A stretch of DNA of 55,077 nucleotides from positions 1 to 55,077 of the forward strand of contig JASMMD010000004.1 of the NCBI GenBank assembly GCA_030748335.1, read 5' to 3'. Positions 25,183 to 37,187 of this stretch are shown here, piece by piece. Numbering within the stretch: the first letter of the stretch is position 1; each line of letters begins with the position of its first letter. A program made the translations under genes and the position numbers. The notes beneath the pieces were generated by a model, which was given only the letters and a program-made list of their open reading frames with translations, was not told the DNA's origin and searched no databases. The DNA is from Candidatus Thalassarchaeum sp. (GTDB taxonomy: Archaea > Thermoplasmatota > Poseidoniia > Poseidoniales > Thalassarchaeaceae).

Positions 25183-25481
25183 TCGAGGCCAGTTGGATAG
25201 CCGGCCTCGGCGTAATTCTGTTTAGCATAGGGCTGCTGGGGGCCTTCACCCGCAAGAACGCCATCGTGGTGCTGATGTGCATCGAGGTGATGCTGAACGC
25301 TGCAAACCTCAATTTCGTGGCCGGAGCCAGTCAGTATAGCGATGTTGACGGGTGGGTTTTCACCGCCATCGCCATCGCGATTGCCGCCGCGGAGGTGGCA
25401 ATCGGACTCGCCATCCTGCTTTCCCTGTACAGCACCCAGGAGACTATCTCCCTGGAAGAGGCAAACCTCCTGAGGAACTGA
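25179..25481 (+). CDS. nuoK: Complex I subunit K
   Basis: GVILFSIGLLGAFTRKNAIVVLMCIEVMLNAANLNFV and AAAEVAIGLAILL are classic NuoK blocks. A GTG at 25179 (GTGA overlap with the J2 stop) is preferred over the ATG at 25158. Confidence 0.8.
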   Translation: MIEASWIAGLGVILFSIGLLGAFTRKNAIVVLMCIEVMLNAANLNFVAGASQYSDVDGWVFTAIAIAIAAAEVAIGLAILLSLYSTQETISLEEANLLRN

Positions 25482-25490
25482 GGCGATAGA

Positions 25491-27806
25491 ATGGGAGATT
25501 CGGAAAACGAATGGGGGCTTCTGGGCCCACTCGTGCCGTTCTTGCTGGTCGCACCCTCCCTCAAGTTCCTAGCTGGATGGGAATCCGTCGAGGCCGCCTT
25601 CCTAATTGTGCTCGTACCTCTGCTGACCTTCCCAGCGATACTGGTAGTCGGCCAGATATACAACGGCAACGAGACCTGGAAGCAGCGATACAAGGAGGGA
25701 GGCATCTTCGGTCTGGGGGCCCTATCACTCTCACTCAGCATCGCTATCTGGATAATCTACGACTACGTCGTCGGCTCAGCCCATTTCGAGGCGCACTCGG
25801 TGGTCGACCCGTTTTCATGGCTGACCTTCGATGTCATCGAGCAGAGCGGCACGCAGTGGGAAATCAGCACCGGATTCGCCGACATCGGGGTCGGAGTGTG
25901 GATAGACTCCATCACCCTGATGTTGCTGTTCGTAGCCACCTTCCTGTGCTTCCTGATATGTTGGTTCAGCTTGGGGTACATGAACACGGACAAGATCAAC
26001 GAAGACAGCAATCACCGCTTCTACGGTGAGTTCGTGCTGTTCGCCATAGGCATGTTCGGCATGGTGCTGGCTGACAACTTCCTGTGGCTGTTCATATTCT
26101 GGGAGATTATGGGCCTTTGCTCTTACCTGCTGATAGGTTTCTACTACTGGAAGGACAGCGCGGCCTACGCCGCCAAGAAGGCGTTCCTGACCACTCGCGT
26201 CGGCGACGTGTTCCTGATGGTCGGCCTGTTGATGCTCTACGACATCTACGGCTCGTTGGACTTCGCGGTGCTCTTCGACGACCCCTCCACCGGAATCGGT
26301 GGCGCCGTGGTCGAATCCGGTGAGTTGAACTGGGCTCTGCTCATGCTGTTCATCGGAGCAGTGGGCAAGTCCGCGCAGTTCCCCCTACATGTCTGGCTGC
26401 CTGACGCTATGGAGGGTCCCACCCCGGTGTCCGCCCTGATACACGCGGCGACCATGGTGAACGCAGGTCTCTACCTAGTGGTGCGAATGGTGCCTTTCGT
26501 CGACGTCCACGTAAACGGTGTGGCCGGGCTTGAGGAGTTCGCCCTGACTGTCGCCTGGATAGGTGGCATCACCGCGTTCATGGCAGCTGCCATCGCGTTC
26601 GTGCAGAACGACATCAAGAAGGTCCTTGCCTACTCCACCATGAGCCAACTGGCTTACATCTTCACCGGATTGGGCGCAGGACTGCTGTTCCTCAACATCG
26701 ACGAGCACCATGCTGGATACTTCGTAATCGGAGCCTCGATGTTCCATCTGTTCAACCACGCTATGGCTAAGGGCATGCTGTTCATGGCCAGCGGCTCGGT
26801 AATCCATGAGGTACACCACGCCCACGACCACGTGCGAGAACTCAGTGAGAAGTACAGCACCAACGAGAGTGACGATCATGGCGATTTCGACCCCCAAGAC
26901 ATGCGCAACATGGGGGGCCTCGCTGCTAGGATGCCGGTCACCGCCACGGCGATGATGCTCGGCTCGATGTCGATAATAGGCATCCCTCTGATTGGCGGTT
27001 TCTGGTCCAAGGAAGGCATCATCGCCGAGACTTGGGCCGCCTGCCTGCATGAGGAACCGCTCATGCTAGTCCCGGCGGTGTTGGTGCTCGCAACAGCCGG
27101 CATGACCGGCTTCTACATGACTCGCATGTGGCTGATGACCTTCGCTGGACCTCCCAAGAGCGAAGTGGTCGGACACGTTCACGAGACGACTCCTTGGATC
27201 AAGGAGCCCCTAGTTATTCTCTCTGTCATAACAGCGCTCGGTGGCTTCGGCCTCGCTCTGCTAGGAGCCTCGGAATATCTGGGCGACCCTCATCATGCCG
27301 AACTATCTTACCACGGGTTACTCGACACCCTGGAGCACGCCTTCCTGCCTGAGGACTCCCATCTCAGACTGGTCGGCTGGACAACCATGCTCCTCGCTAT
27401 GGTCATCGGTCCCGTGATTGCCTCACGCATCCACGGAGGCAGGCTAATCGATGGTGTCGAGGCGAGTCCGCTGGTCTCCTGGCTCGTCGACCTGTCGAGC
27501 AGGTTCGGCTCGCAGGACGTCTCGGAACTGGCGGACTCACAACTCGCCGAGGCGCTTCAGAGAAGACTGTACTTCGACGACCTTTACGAGATAGCCCTCG
27601 CTAAGACCGCGATACCGTTCGCAGCATTCTCGGCATGGTTCGACGCGAACGTCATAGACGGTGTAATCAAGCAGATTGAGTCGAACTCAGCGACAGGCTC
27701 GGTCCAGATACGCAGAATCACCACGGGCAGCGCCCGTGACTACATTCTGATGGCTGCGGTCGGGATGATATCGATCTTCGCCCTGCTCTGGGGGGTGAAC
27801 AATTGA
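25491..27806 (+). CDS. nuoL: Complex I antiporter-like subunit L (771 aa)
   Basis: FIFWEIMGLCSYLLIGFYY, GKSAQFPLHVWLPDAMEGPTPVSALIHAATMVNAG and a long C-terminal extension typical of NuoL. Confidence 0.9.
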   Translation: MGDSENEWGLLGPLVPFLLVAPSLKFLAGWESVEAAFLIVLVPLLTFPAILVVGQIYNGNETWKQRYKEGGIFGLGALSLSLSIAIWIIYDYVVGSAHFEAHSVVDPFSWLTFDVIEQSGTQWEISTGFADIGVGVWIDSITLMLLFVATFLCFLICWFSLGYMNTDKINEDSNHRFYGEFVLFAIGMFGMVLADNFLWLFIFWEIMGLCSYLLIGFYYWKDSAAYAAKKAFLTTRVGDVFLMVGLLMLYDIYGSLDFAVLFDDPSTGIGGAVVESGELNWALLMLFIGAVGKSAQFPLHVWLPDAMEGPTPVSALIHAATMVNAGLYLVVRMVPFVDVHVNGVAGLEEFALTVAWIGGITAFMAAAIAFVQNDIKKVLAYSTMSQLAYIFTGLGAGLLFLNIDEHHAGYFVIGASMFHLFNHAMAKGMLFMASGSVIHEVHHAHDHVRELSEKYSTNESDDHGDFDPQDMRNMGGLAARMPVTATAMMLGSMSIIGIPLIGGFWSKEGIIAETWAACLHEEPLMLVPAVLVLATAGMTGFYMTRMWLMTFAGPPKSEVVGHVHETTPWIKEPLVILSVITALGGFGLALLGASEYLGDPHHAELSYHGLLDTLEHAFLPEDSHLRLVGWTTMLLAMVIGPVIASRIHGGRLIDGVEASPLVSWLVDLSSRFGSQDVSELADSQLAEALQRRLYFDDLYEIALAKTAIPFAAFSAWFDANVIDGVIKQIESNSATGSVQIRRITTGSARDYILMAAVGMISIFALLWGVNN

Positions 27807-29404
27807 TTGACGACCCGCTGTCAGTGATTACCCTGGTCCCGTTGTTCATGGGCCTGGCTCTGATAGTTCTCCCGAGGATTCTCCCGAAGTCATCAGCAGA
27901 GAGCCTGATGCGAGTTTCGAGGAACATCAGCATGGGTATAGCGCTCGCGATAGCCGCCATCACAACCCTACTCTTCCTCGGTGAGTGGGGAAGCATCGAT
28001 TGGACCGACATCACCCAAGGGGGCTACGTCCTGCAGAACGAGACGGCCAACCTTATCCCCTCGATTGGCGTAACTTGGAAGGTCGGGGCTGACGCCCTAT
28101 CATTCCCCATGATATGGCTGACTGCGATCCTCATCCCAATCTCGATGCTGGTCGAGTGGGATGCCAAGCGAGGACACCTCTTCTTCCCTCTGCTGCTGAT
28201 AATGGAGGGCGCCCTGCTGGGTGTCTTTGTAGCCCTCGACCTGTTCGTGTTCTACGTCTTCTGGGAGCTGACTCTGATCCCTATGTTCCTCCTGATTCTG
28301 CTATGGGGCGGGGAGGATCGCCGCTACGCGGCGATGAAGTTCTTCATCTACACCTTCACGGCCAGCGTCTTCATGCTCATAGGCATCCTCGTGATGTACT
28401 TCCACACTGAGGCCATCGTCGGTCTGGGGAGTCTGTCCGGGCACCACTTTGACCTAGTCGCAATGACAGCCCAGGAGAACCTGATTCCGAGCGAGGGACT
28501 CAGGCACTTCGTCTGGATTCTCCTACTCATTGGATTCGCAACCAAGATGCCAAGCGTGCCGGTCCACACATGGCTTCCCGATGCCCACGTCCAAGCCCCG
28601 ACCGCCGGCTCGATGCTGCTGGCGGGGGTGATGTTGAAGATGGGAGCATACGGGTTCCTCAGAATCTCGGTTACGGTCTTCCCCGAGTCTACCTTGGAGT
28701 TCGTGCCGCTGCTGATCGTGCTCGGTATGGTCAGTCTGGTCTACGGGGCGTGGGTGTGCATGGGGCAGACCAACCTCAAGAGAATGGTCGCGTACTCCTC
28801 GGTCTCCCACATGGGCCTAATCTTCCTCGGTATCGCGACCATGCAGCCGTTGGGAATTGCTGGCGCCCTGTTCATGATGTTCGCTCATGGAATAATCAGC
28901 CCCCTGCTCTTCGCCGTCGCAGGGGCGTTCAAGCACCACTATCACACTCTCGAGATTGGCTCTATGCGCGGCATCGCGCACCACAGCCCGTGGCTGGCTG
29001 CCCACATGATGCTGGGCTGGATGGCCAGCCTCGGACTGCCTCTACTAGCCGGTTTCGTCGCCGAGATTACCATCATGATCGCGTTTTGGATGACCTACGG
29101 TTGGCTCGTGTTGCTGCCGGCACTGACTCTAATCATCACCGCTGTGTACTACCTGAACTCTATGCAGAGGACCATATTCGAGTCCAACAACTCGGAGAAG
29201 GGAATTCTCCCGGAGTCCCTACATGGAAAGGAACCTAGTGACCTGAGCTGGCACGAGAATGCCGGGATGCTCACACTAGCGGCCTTGACGGTGCTGTTTG
29301 GCATCATGCCGTTCATCTTCTGGGACATGATGTCAGATTGGAGTTCAGGATTCGTCGTCGACACCATGATCGAGGCGATGCAGGCTCAGGGGTGGTCCCC
29401 ATGA
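27803..29404 (+). CDS. nuoM: Complex I antiporter-like subunit M
   Basis: FYVFWELTLIPMFLLILLWGG and KMPSVPVHTWLPDAHVQAPTAGSMLLAGVMLKMG. TTG start overlapping the nuoL stop (TTGA), preceded by GGGGGTGA. Confidence 0.9.
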   Translation: MIDDPLSVITLVPLFMGLALIVLPRILPKSSAESLMRVSRNISMGIALAIAAITTLLFLGEWGSIDWTDITQGGYVLQNETANLIPSIGVTWKVGADALSFPMIWLTAILIPISMLVEWDAKRGHLFFPLLLIMEGALLGVFVALDLFVFYVFWELTLIPMFLLILLWGGEDRRYAAMKFFIYTFTASVFMLIGILVMYFHTEAIVGLGSLSGHHFDLVAMTAQENLIPSEGLRHFVWILLLIGFATKMPSVPVHTWLPDAHVQAPTAGSMLLAGVMLKMGAYGFLRISVTVFPESTLEFVPLLIVLGMVSLVYGAWVCMGQTNLKRMVAYSSVSHMGLIFLGIATMQPLGIAGALFMMFAHGIISPLLFAVAGAFKHHYHTLEIGSMRGIAHHSPWLAAHMMLGWMASLGLPLLAGFVAEITIMIAFWMTYGWLVLLPALTLIITAVYYLNSMQRTIFESNNSEKGILPESLHGKEPSDLSWHENAGMLTLAALTVLFGIMPFIFWDMMSDWSSGFVVDTMIEAMQAQGWSP

Positions 29405-31146
29405 GTTCAATGTTCAGCGATCTAGGTCTGCACGAAGCCATTCTGTTGCTGCCTGAGATCACGATGCTATCCGGGATAGTTGCCCTGATTCTGATTCCTA
29501 ACCTAGGCGATGCGACCATGCGGATCCCACTGACTCGAATCAGGGTGCCAGTGCTGATTGGAGGCACAAGGTTCGATTTCACCAACAACCCGAGGCTGCC
29601 CAACCAAGTCACCAATGCCGTACTCTTCCTAGCCTTCTTCTACGCGGCCCTGCTGCTCAACCCGACGAACCTTTCCGAGTACTCGCTGGAGGGGGGGTCG
29701 GGAATCGGCAACCTGCTCGTCGTCGATGAGTTCAGTAGGGTGTTCACACTGCTGTTCACATTCGCCTTGCTACTCGCCTCGATGGCGACCGCCACAAGGA
29801 TGCCCGCTATACACGACGCGACCATCCCACAGGAATCAGATTCCTCAGAGGTGGCTGATTCCAAGGTGATGGTCCTGATTGATAACCGCCGTCAGGTGGA
29901 TTTCCACATCCTCCTGCTCACCACGGGACTCGGCATGAGCCTGATGGCGATGGCCAACAACCTGTTCATGCTGTTCGTCTGCCTCGAACTGGCCTCGCTC
30001 TCGTCGTACGTTCTGGTGGCGTTCCACAAGGAGGCGGACGTAGGCGGGGAAGCCGGGATGAAGTACTTCATTGTCGGCTCAGTCGTTTCGGCAGTAGGAA
30101 TCTACGGGATGTCACTCCTGTATCTCTGGAACGGCAATCTCGACATGGCCGACCTCGCAGCGTCCTGGTCAGCAATGGAGGACATCGATTCGCTTGCTGG
30201 CATAGGGGTCGGATTGATGATAGTCGCCTTCGGCTTCAAGGTCGGAGCCGCACCGTTCCACCTAGCCGTCCCAGACGCCTACTCTGGCTCCTCATCCCCG
30301 ATTGCCGGCGTGCTGGCCACGGCTTCCAAGGCGATGGGTTTCGTAGCCCTGATCAGGCTTCTCCTGATTATCACAATGCCATCCTCTGGACAGGCTGTAT
30401 GGATGCTGGCCATAGCCCTGATCGCAGTAGTGACGATGACATGGGGCAACCTAGCCGCCCTCACAAGCGACAACCCGAAACGCATCCTCGCTTACTCTAG
30501 TGTCGCCCACGCGGGCTACATGCTGGCGGCCATGGCGGCTATAGGGTCAGGCCTAGCCGACGCATCAACCACATCGATGATCCTCACCGCGGTGGTGTTC
30601 CACCTACTCGTACTCGTCCTGTTCAAGCTCGGGGCCTTTCTGGTCCTCTCCATGCTCGAGGCCGAGGGCCGAGGACATCGGATGGAGGATCTGCACGGCC
30701 TAGCGAAGAGGGATCCCTCCATCGCGGTATCGATGTTCGTCTTCATGCTCTCTCTGGCTGGGGTCCCGCCACTCTCTGGGTTCCTCTCAAAACTGCTAAT
30801 GATCAACGGGATAGTCAGCGTCTCGGCAGGCACCGGCTCCGCATCAGCGACCTCCGTGCTCTCATGGGCCCAAGGAGTTGATCCAGTGTTCTGGCTGGCA
30901 GTCGCCATCGTGCTCAACAGCGCACTGTCACTCTTTTACTACCTGAGGATAGGATTGGTGATGTTCTTCGAGGAACCCGAGTCGGACTCGCCCCTCAAGT
31001 CGTCCCCGTCTCCCGAATGGCCTCTCTCTTTGAGGTCGGTCATCATGATCTGCGCCACCCTCACGCTGCTGTTCGGGATAGGCCCAATGAGCGAGTCCTT
31101 GCTAGATCTGGTCTCGTCAGCGGTGGACTCCCTCTTGAGCAGTTGA
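29401..31146 (+). CDS. nuoN: Complex I antiporter-like subunit N (581 aa from this start)
   Basis: FVCLELASLSSYVLVAF, FKVGAAPFHLAVPDAYSGSSSPIAGVLA and KRILAYSSVAHAGYML. The ATG at 29401 forms an ATGA overlap with the nuoM stop. Confidence 0.85.
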   Translation: MSSMFSDLGLHEAILLLPEITMLSGIVALILIPNLGDATMRIPLTRIRVPVLIGGTRFDFTNNPRLPNQVTNAVLFLAFFYAALLLNPTNLSEYSLEGGSGIGNLLVVDEFSRVFTLLFTFALLLASMATATRMPAIHDATIPQESDSSEVADSKVMVLIDNRRQVDFHILLLTTGLGMSLMAMANNLFMLFVCLELASLSSYVLVAFHKEADVGGEAGMKYFIVGSVVSAVGIYGMSLLYLWNGNLDMADLAASWSAMEDIDSLAGIGVGLMIVAFGFKVGAAPFHLAVPDAYSGSSSPIAGVLATASKAMGFVALIRLLLIITMPSSGQAVWMLAIALIAVVTMTWGNLAALTSDNPKRILAYSSVAHAGYMLAAMAAIGSGLADASTTSMILTAVVFHLLVLVLFKLGAFLVLSMLEAEGRGHRMEDLHGLAKRDPSIAVSMFVFMLSLAGVPPLSGFLSKLLMINGIVSVSAGTGSASATSVLSWAQGVDPVFWLAVAIVLNSALSLFYYLRIGLVMFFEEPESDSPLKSSPSPEWPLSLRSVIMICATLTLLFGIGPMSESLLDLVSSAVDSLLSS

Positions 31147-31190
31147 ATCCTCATCCTCAACTTCACATAGGGGACGCTCGACGCAGCCCC

Positions 31191-31712
31191 ATGGCTCGTA
31201 GAGAGGAGAAGGTCGATGCAGAGCTTCTAGCAAGGCTTGAGTCTGGCGGCGACCGCATTCGAGTCCCTCTTCCCAACCGCAAAGTGAACGAGATGTTCGC
31301 AATCGCAGACCAGATACTTGGTGGACGTCGCGTCAGGGCGGTCTGCGAGGATGGCGAGAGCCGATTGGCTCGCATCCCGGGCAAGATGCGCCGCCGCCAG
31401 TGGGTGCGCGAGGGGGACCTGATAGTGGTACAGCCCTGGGACTTCCAAGATGAGAAGGCAAACGTATGCATGCGCTACACCAAGACCCAGTCCCTCTACC
31501 TGTCCAGGAAGGGCGTTCTCCCCGAGATAGTCGACCTATTCGGAATGGTCGAAATCGGAGAGGATGATGACATCGAAATCGAGGCCCCGACGGTAGAAGC
31601 GCAACCCGAGACCGATGCAGAGGTCGAGGACTCCGAGGAGGCCGCTGAGCCCGAACCCGAGACCTCCGTCACCGAGGCCCCTGAGGATGACATAGACTCG
31701 TTCTTTGGGTGA
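31191..31712 (+). CDS. eif1a: Translation initiation factor aIF1A with a long acidic C-terminal tail
   Basis: S1/OB core VNEMFAIADQILGGRRVRAVCEDGESRLARIPGKMRRRQWVREGDLIVVQPWDFQDEKANVCMRY, then about 55 acidic residues ending DDIDSFFG. Confidence 0.85.
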   Translation: MARREEKVDAELLARLESGGDRIRVPLPNRKVNEMFAIADQILGGRRVRAVCEDGESRLARIPGKMRRRQWVREGDLIVVQPWDFQDEKANVCMRYTKTQSLYLSRKGVLPEIVDLFGMVEIGEDDDIEIEAPTVEAQPETDAEVEDSEEAAEPEPETSVTEAPEDDIDSFFG

Positions 31713-31716
31713 GAGA

Positions 31717-32598
31717 ATGTCCGACGAGATGGACGAACTTCCCGAACTCGACGCCCTGATGCGAGCGGAGAGGAAGCACGACTGGATGTCGGAGCCACGC
31801 TTCAAGCGGATGTTCGACGATATCGAGGACGGCCTGCAGGGTGTTCTCGGAAAGGGGAGGTACGAATGGGTCGACAGGCGCGTCTTCGATCAGGTCTTCG
31901 ACCGCTCGACGCTGCTGGCTGTCCACAAACTGATGCAGAAGGGAAAGATCGAGACCATCGACTACCCGATTGCTAGGGGCAAGGAGGCGCATGTTTTCCA
32001 CGCTACAACCAACCACGGCCCAGTGGCGGTGAAGATATTCCACACCACCAACGCTGTATTCAAGGGCCTGGCGAAGTACATCGACGGTGACCCCAGATTC
32101 TCAGGACTCTCACGCAGGCACCGCGAACTGGTCAACATCTGGGTGCGCAAGGAGCTGCGCAACCTCAAGCGCATGCGTAGGCACGGACTCAGAGTCCCCG
32201 AGCCGATTGATAGCCTGAAGAATGTCCTAGTGATGCAGTACCTCGGGGACGAGAATGGAGCCAGCCCCCGACTCAAGGACATCACTGTCGATGACGCTTA
32301 CGAGGTCTTCGAGGAACTACTCGAGTTTGCGGCAATCAACTGGCAGACCTGCGAACTCGTGCACGCTGACTTCAGCGAGTACAACATACTCTGGTACGGA
32401 GGCGAGCCTTGGGTCATTGACGTCGGCCAGAGCGTGACCCGGCAGCACCCCAGTTCCGAGGAGTTCCTAGTAAGGGACGTCACCAGATTGGTGGAATGGA
32501 TCAACCGCCAGGGGCACAACGTCGACCTCGCTGAGAGCCTCGCCAGAGTGCTTGACGACCCCGTCCCCTCTCTGTCCTCGCTGTCGGGCGGAGATTAA
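31717..32598 (+). CDS. rio1: RIO1-type serine protein kinase
   Basis: IARGKEAHVFHA (P-loop-like), LVHADFSEYNILW (catalytic loop) and VIDVGQSV (metal-binding loop). Conserved position after aIF1A. Confidence 0.85.
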   Translation: MSDEMDELPELDALMRAERKHDWMSEPRFKRMFDDIEDGLQGVLGKGRYEWVDRRVFDQVFDRSTLLAVHKLMQKGKIETIDYPIARGKEAHVFHATTNHGPVAVKIFHTTNAVFKGLAKYIDGDPRFSGLSRRHRELVNIWVRKELRNLKRMRRHGLRVPEPIDSLKNVLVMQYLGDENGASPRLKDITVDDAYEVFEELLEFAAINWQTCELVHADFSEYNILWYGGEPWVIDVGQSVTRQHPSSEEFLVRDVTRLVEWINRQGHNVDLAESLARVLDDPVPSLSSLSGGD

Positions 32599-32624
32599 AG
32601 CAGGGTGGCGGGTCGGCCGCTGTC

Positions 32625-33356
32625 GTGGAGCACCTAGCACGCATCCCGCAAGACCGCATCGCGGTGCTGATAGGCAAGGGTGGCGAAACCCGCCGAATGC
32701 TGGAGGAGGCTTGTGGGGCAAGCCTCGAGATCGACTCGAAGAGCGGTGATGTGATGGCCGACTGGGGTGAAGGCGGAGCGGACCCCGTGATTCAGATGAA
32801 GATGCCCGATGTCATTGTGGCAATCGGCAGGGGCCTAGCTCCAAAGCGAGCCGTCCAGCTGATACAGGACGAGGTCTTCCTGAGGATGTACGACATCCGC
32901 GAGTGGGTCGGCAGGCAGCCGAACCAGACCCGTAGGATGAGGAGCAGGCTGATCGGCAGGAACGGCCGCATTCGCAGTCTGATAGAGGAGATCTCGCGCT
33001 GCGAGATGGCAATCTACGGTTCCACTGTACTAGTCATCGGAGACGAGGACGGGTTGGCTCTAGCCGCCCCCGCGATAGAGGGAATACTGCGGGGCTCCGA
33101 GCACAGCACGGTGCTGCACGGGCTCGAGCAGGATCGCAAGCGACAGAGGCTGCGCTCGCGCAAGCTGGAGAGCCACGAGGAGCGCAGGTCTGACGAAGGA
33201 TCGACGTTCGAGACCCTAGTCCCCGGTCTTGCAGAGGCCCGCAGGCGTAGGGAGCGCCGCTATCGGGGCTCACAGGTCGACCCGGACGACGAGGAACAGG
33301 TCAGCGGCATGCTGGAACTGGACGACGACGAGGAAGTAGTTTACGAGGAAGAGTGA
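32625..33356 (+). CDS. KH-domain RNA-binding protein (Dim2/Pno1-like) with charged C-terminal extension
   Basis: RIAVLIGKGGETRRMLEE and RLIGRNGRIRSLIEE (two GxxG KH motifs). GTG start. Known archaeal aIF1A-Rio-KH gene order. Confidence 0.75.
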   Translation: MEHLARIPQDRIAVLIGKGGETRRMLEEACGASLEIDSKSGDVMADWGEGGADPVIQMKMPDVIVAIGRGLAPKRAVQLIQDEVFLRMYDIREWVGRQPNQTRRMRSRLIGRNGRIRSLIEEISRCEMAIYGSTVLVIGDEDGLALAAPAIEGILRGSEHSTVLHGLEQDRKRQRLRSRKLESHEERRSDEGSTFETLVPGLAEARRRRERRYRGSQVDPDDEEQVSGMLELDDDEEVVYEEE

Positions 33357-33381
33357 CCTGTACCGCCATGCATAAGCGTGA

Positions 33382-34683
<1,302 letters not shown>

Positions 34684-34685
34684 AT

Positions 34686-34704
34686 TCGACATCTACGATG
34701 TCGA
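34686..34704 (+). terminator. Perfect hairpin TCGACATC-TAC-GATGTCGA, 2 nt after the TAA of the DUF63-like gene
   Basis: Arms verified. 8-bp stem, 3-nt loop. Confidence 0.35.
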
Positions 34705-34751
34705 GCCCATTCAATTGAAGGCTTGCTGGCTGTCTGGGGGGGACGAGAGGC

Positions 34752-36311
<1,560 letters not shown>

Positions 36312-36315
36312 TGTG

Positions 36316-37185
36316 ATGAGGATGAGTGATGTCAGACCAGCAACGGAACTCTGCTCTCTGGCCATCGACGGTTCCGTAGCCACATTGACTCTCGACAGAA
36401 GCGATGTGTACAACGCCCTGAACGTGCAACTGATTAGCGAGATTATCGATGTTTTGGATTGGACCTCGCGCCGGTCTGTAGGCAGAACCGGTTCGCTGCG
36501 CGACCATGATGGGGCCGAGTACCTCAGGGTCCTAGTCGTGCGTGGAGCTGGAAAGCACTTCTGCGCGGGCGCCGATATCAACATGATGCGCGATGCCGGG
36601 GTGAAGAGCCCGGATGAGAACCGAGCCGACTCGGAGAGGCTCGACCGACTGTTCAACAGTCTGTGGTCACACCCCTGTTTCACCATAGCAGCAGTTCAAG
36701 GCGTGGCTCTGGGAGGTGGTGCTGGAATCATCGCCTGCTCCGACCACGCCATCGCACTGGACAGCGCCCGGATAGCCTTGTCCGAGGCCAAGCTGGGGAT
36801 ACTTCCAGCGGTCATCGGGCCGTACGTGTACCGTCGCGTTGGCAGCGCCCAGTTCCGTCGTCTGGCCATGTTGGCAGGGCGCTTCGACGGACACGAGGCG
36901 CTGAACATCGGCATGGTGGACCAGGTTTCGACCTCGTTGGAGGAGGCCGATCGGATGATTGACGAGGCCATAGCGACGGTCATGAGCACCGGCCCGATGG
37001 CAGTCACGGAGGCCAAGAGCCTGACAGAGACCTTCGACAATTGGCGTGGGTCGGAAGAGGACCTGCGTCGATGGACGTTGGATAAGACCAGCGAGATGAG
37101 GGGCTCCCCAGAGGGCCAAGAGGGCCTGTCTGCGTTCCTCGATCGCCGACCACCGGCCTGGTCACCGGAGGATCAGGACGGTTGA
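36316..37185 (+). CDS. Enoyl-CoA hydratase family protein (likely methylglutaconyl-CoA hydratase)
   Basis: Crotonase motifs VVRGAGKHFCAGADINMM and AAVQGVALGGGAGIIACSD. Location between mccB and the biotin carboxylase. Start could be GTG 36313, ATG 36316 or ATG 36322. Confidence 0.8.
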   Translation: MRMSDVRPATELCSLAIDGSVATLTLDRSDVYNALNVQLISEIIDVLDWTSRRSVGRTGSLRDHDGAEYLRVLVVRGAGKHFCAGADINMMRDAGVKSPDENRADSERLDRLFNSLWSHPCFTIAAVQGVALGGGAGIIACSDHAIALDSARIALSEAKLGILPAVIGPYVYRRVGSAQFRRLAMLAGRFDGHEALNIGMVDQVSTSLEEADRMIDEAIATVMSTGPMAVTEAKSLTETFDNWRGSEEDLRRWTLDKTSEMRGSPEGQEGLSAFLDRRPPAWSPEDQDG

Positions 37186-37187
37186 GC

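Noticed and set aside
29338-29400. Upstream extensions of nuoN (29338), aIF1A (31017-31190) and nuoK (25158).
   Set aside because: The extensions overlap the preceding gene and are Arg/His-rich nonsense. Internal ATG/GTG codons give the stop-start overlaps typical of this operon.
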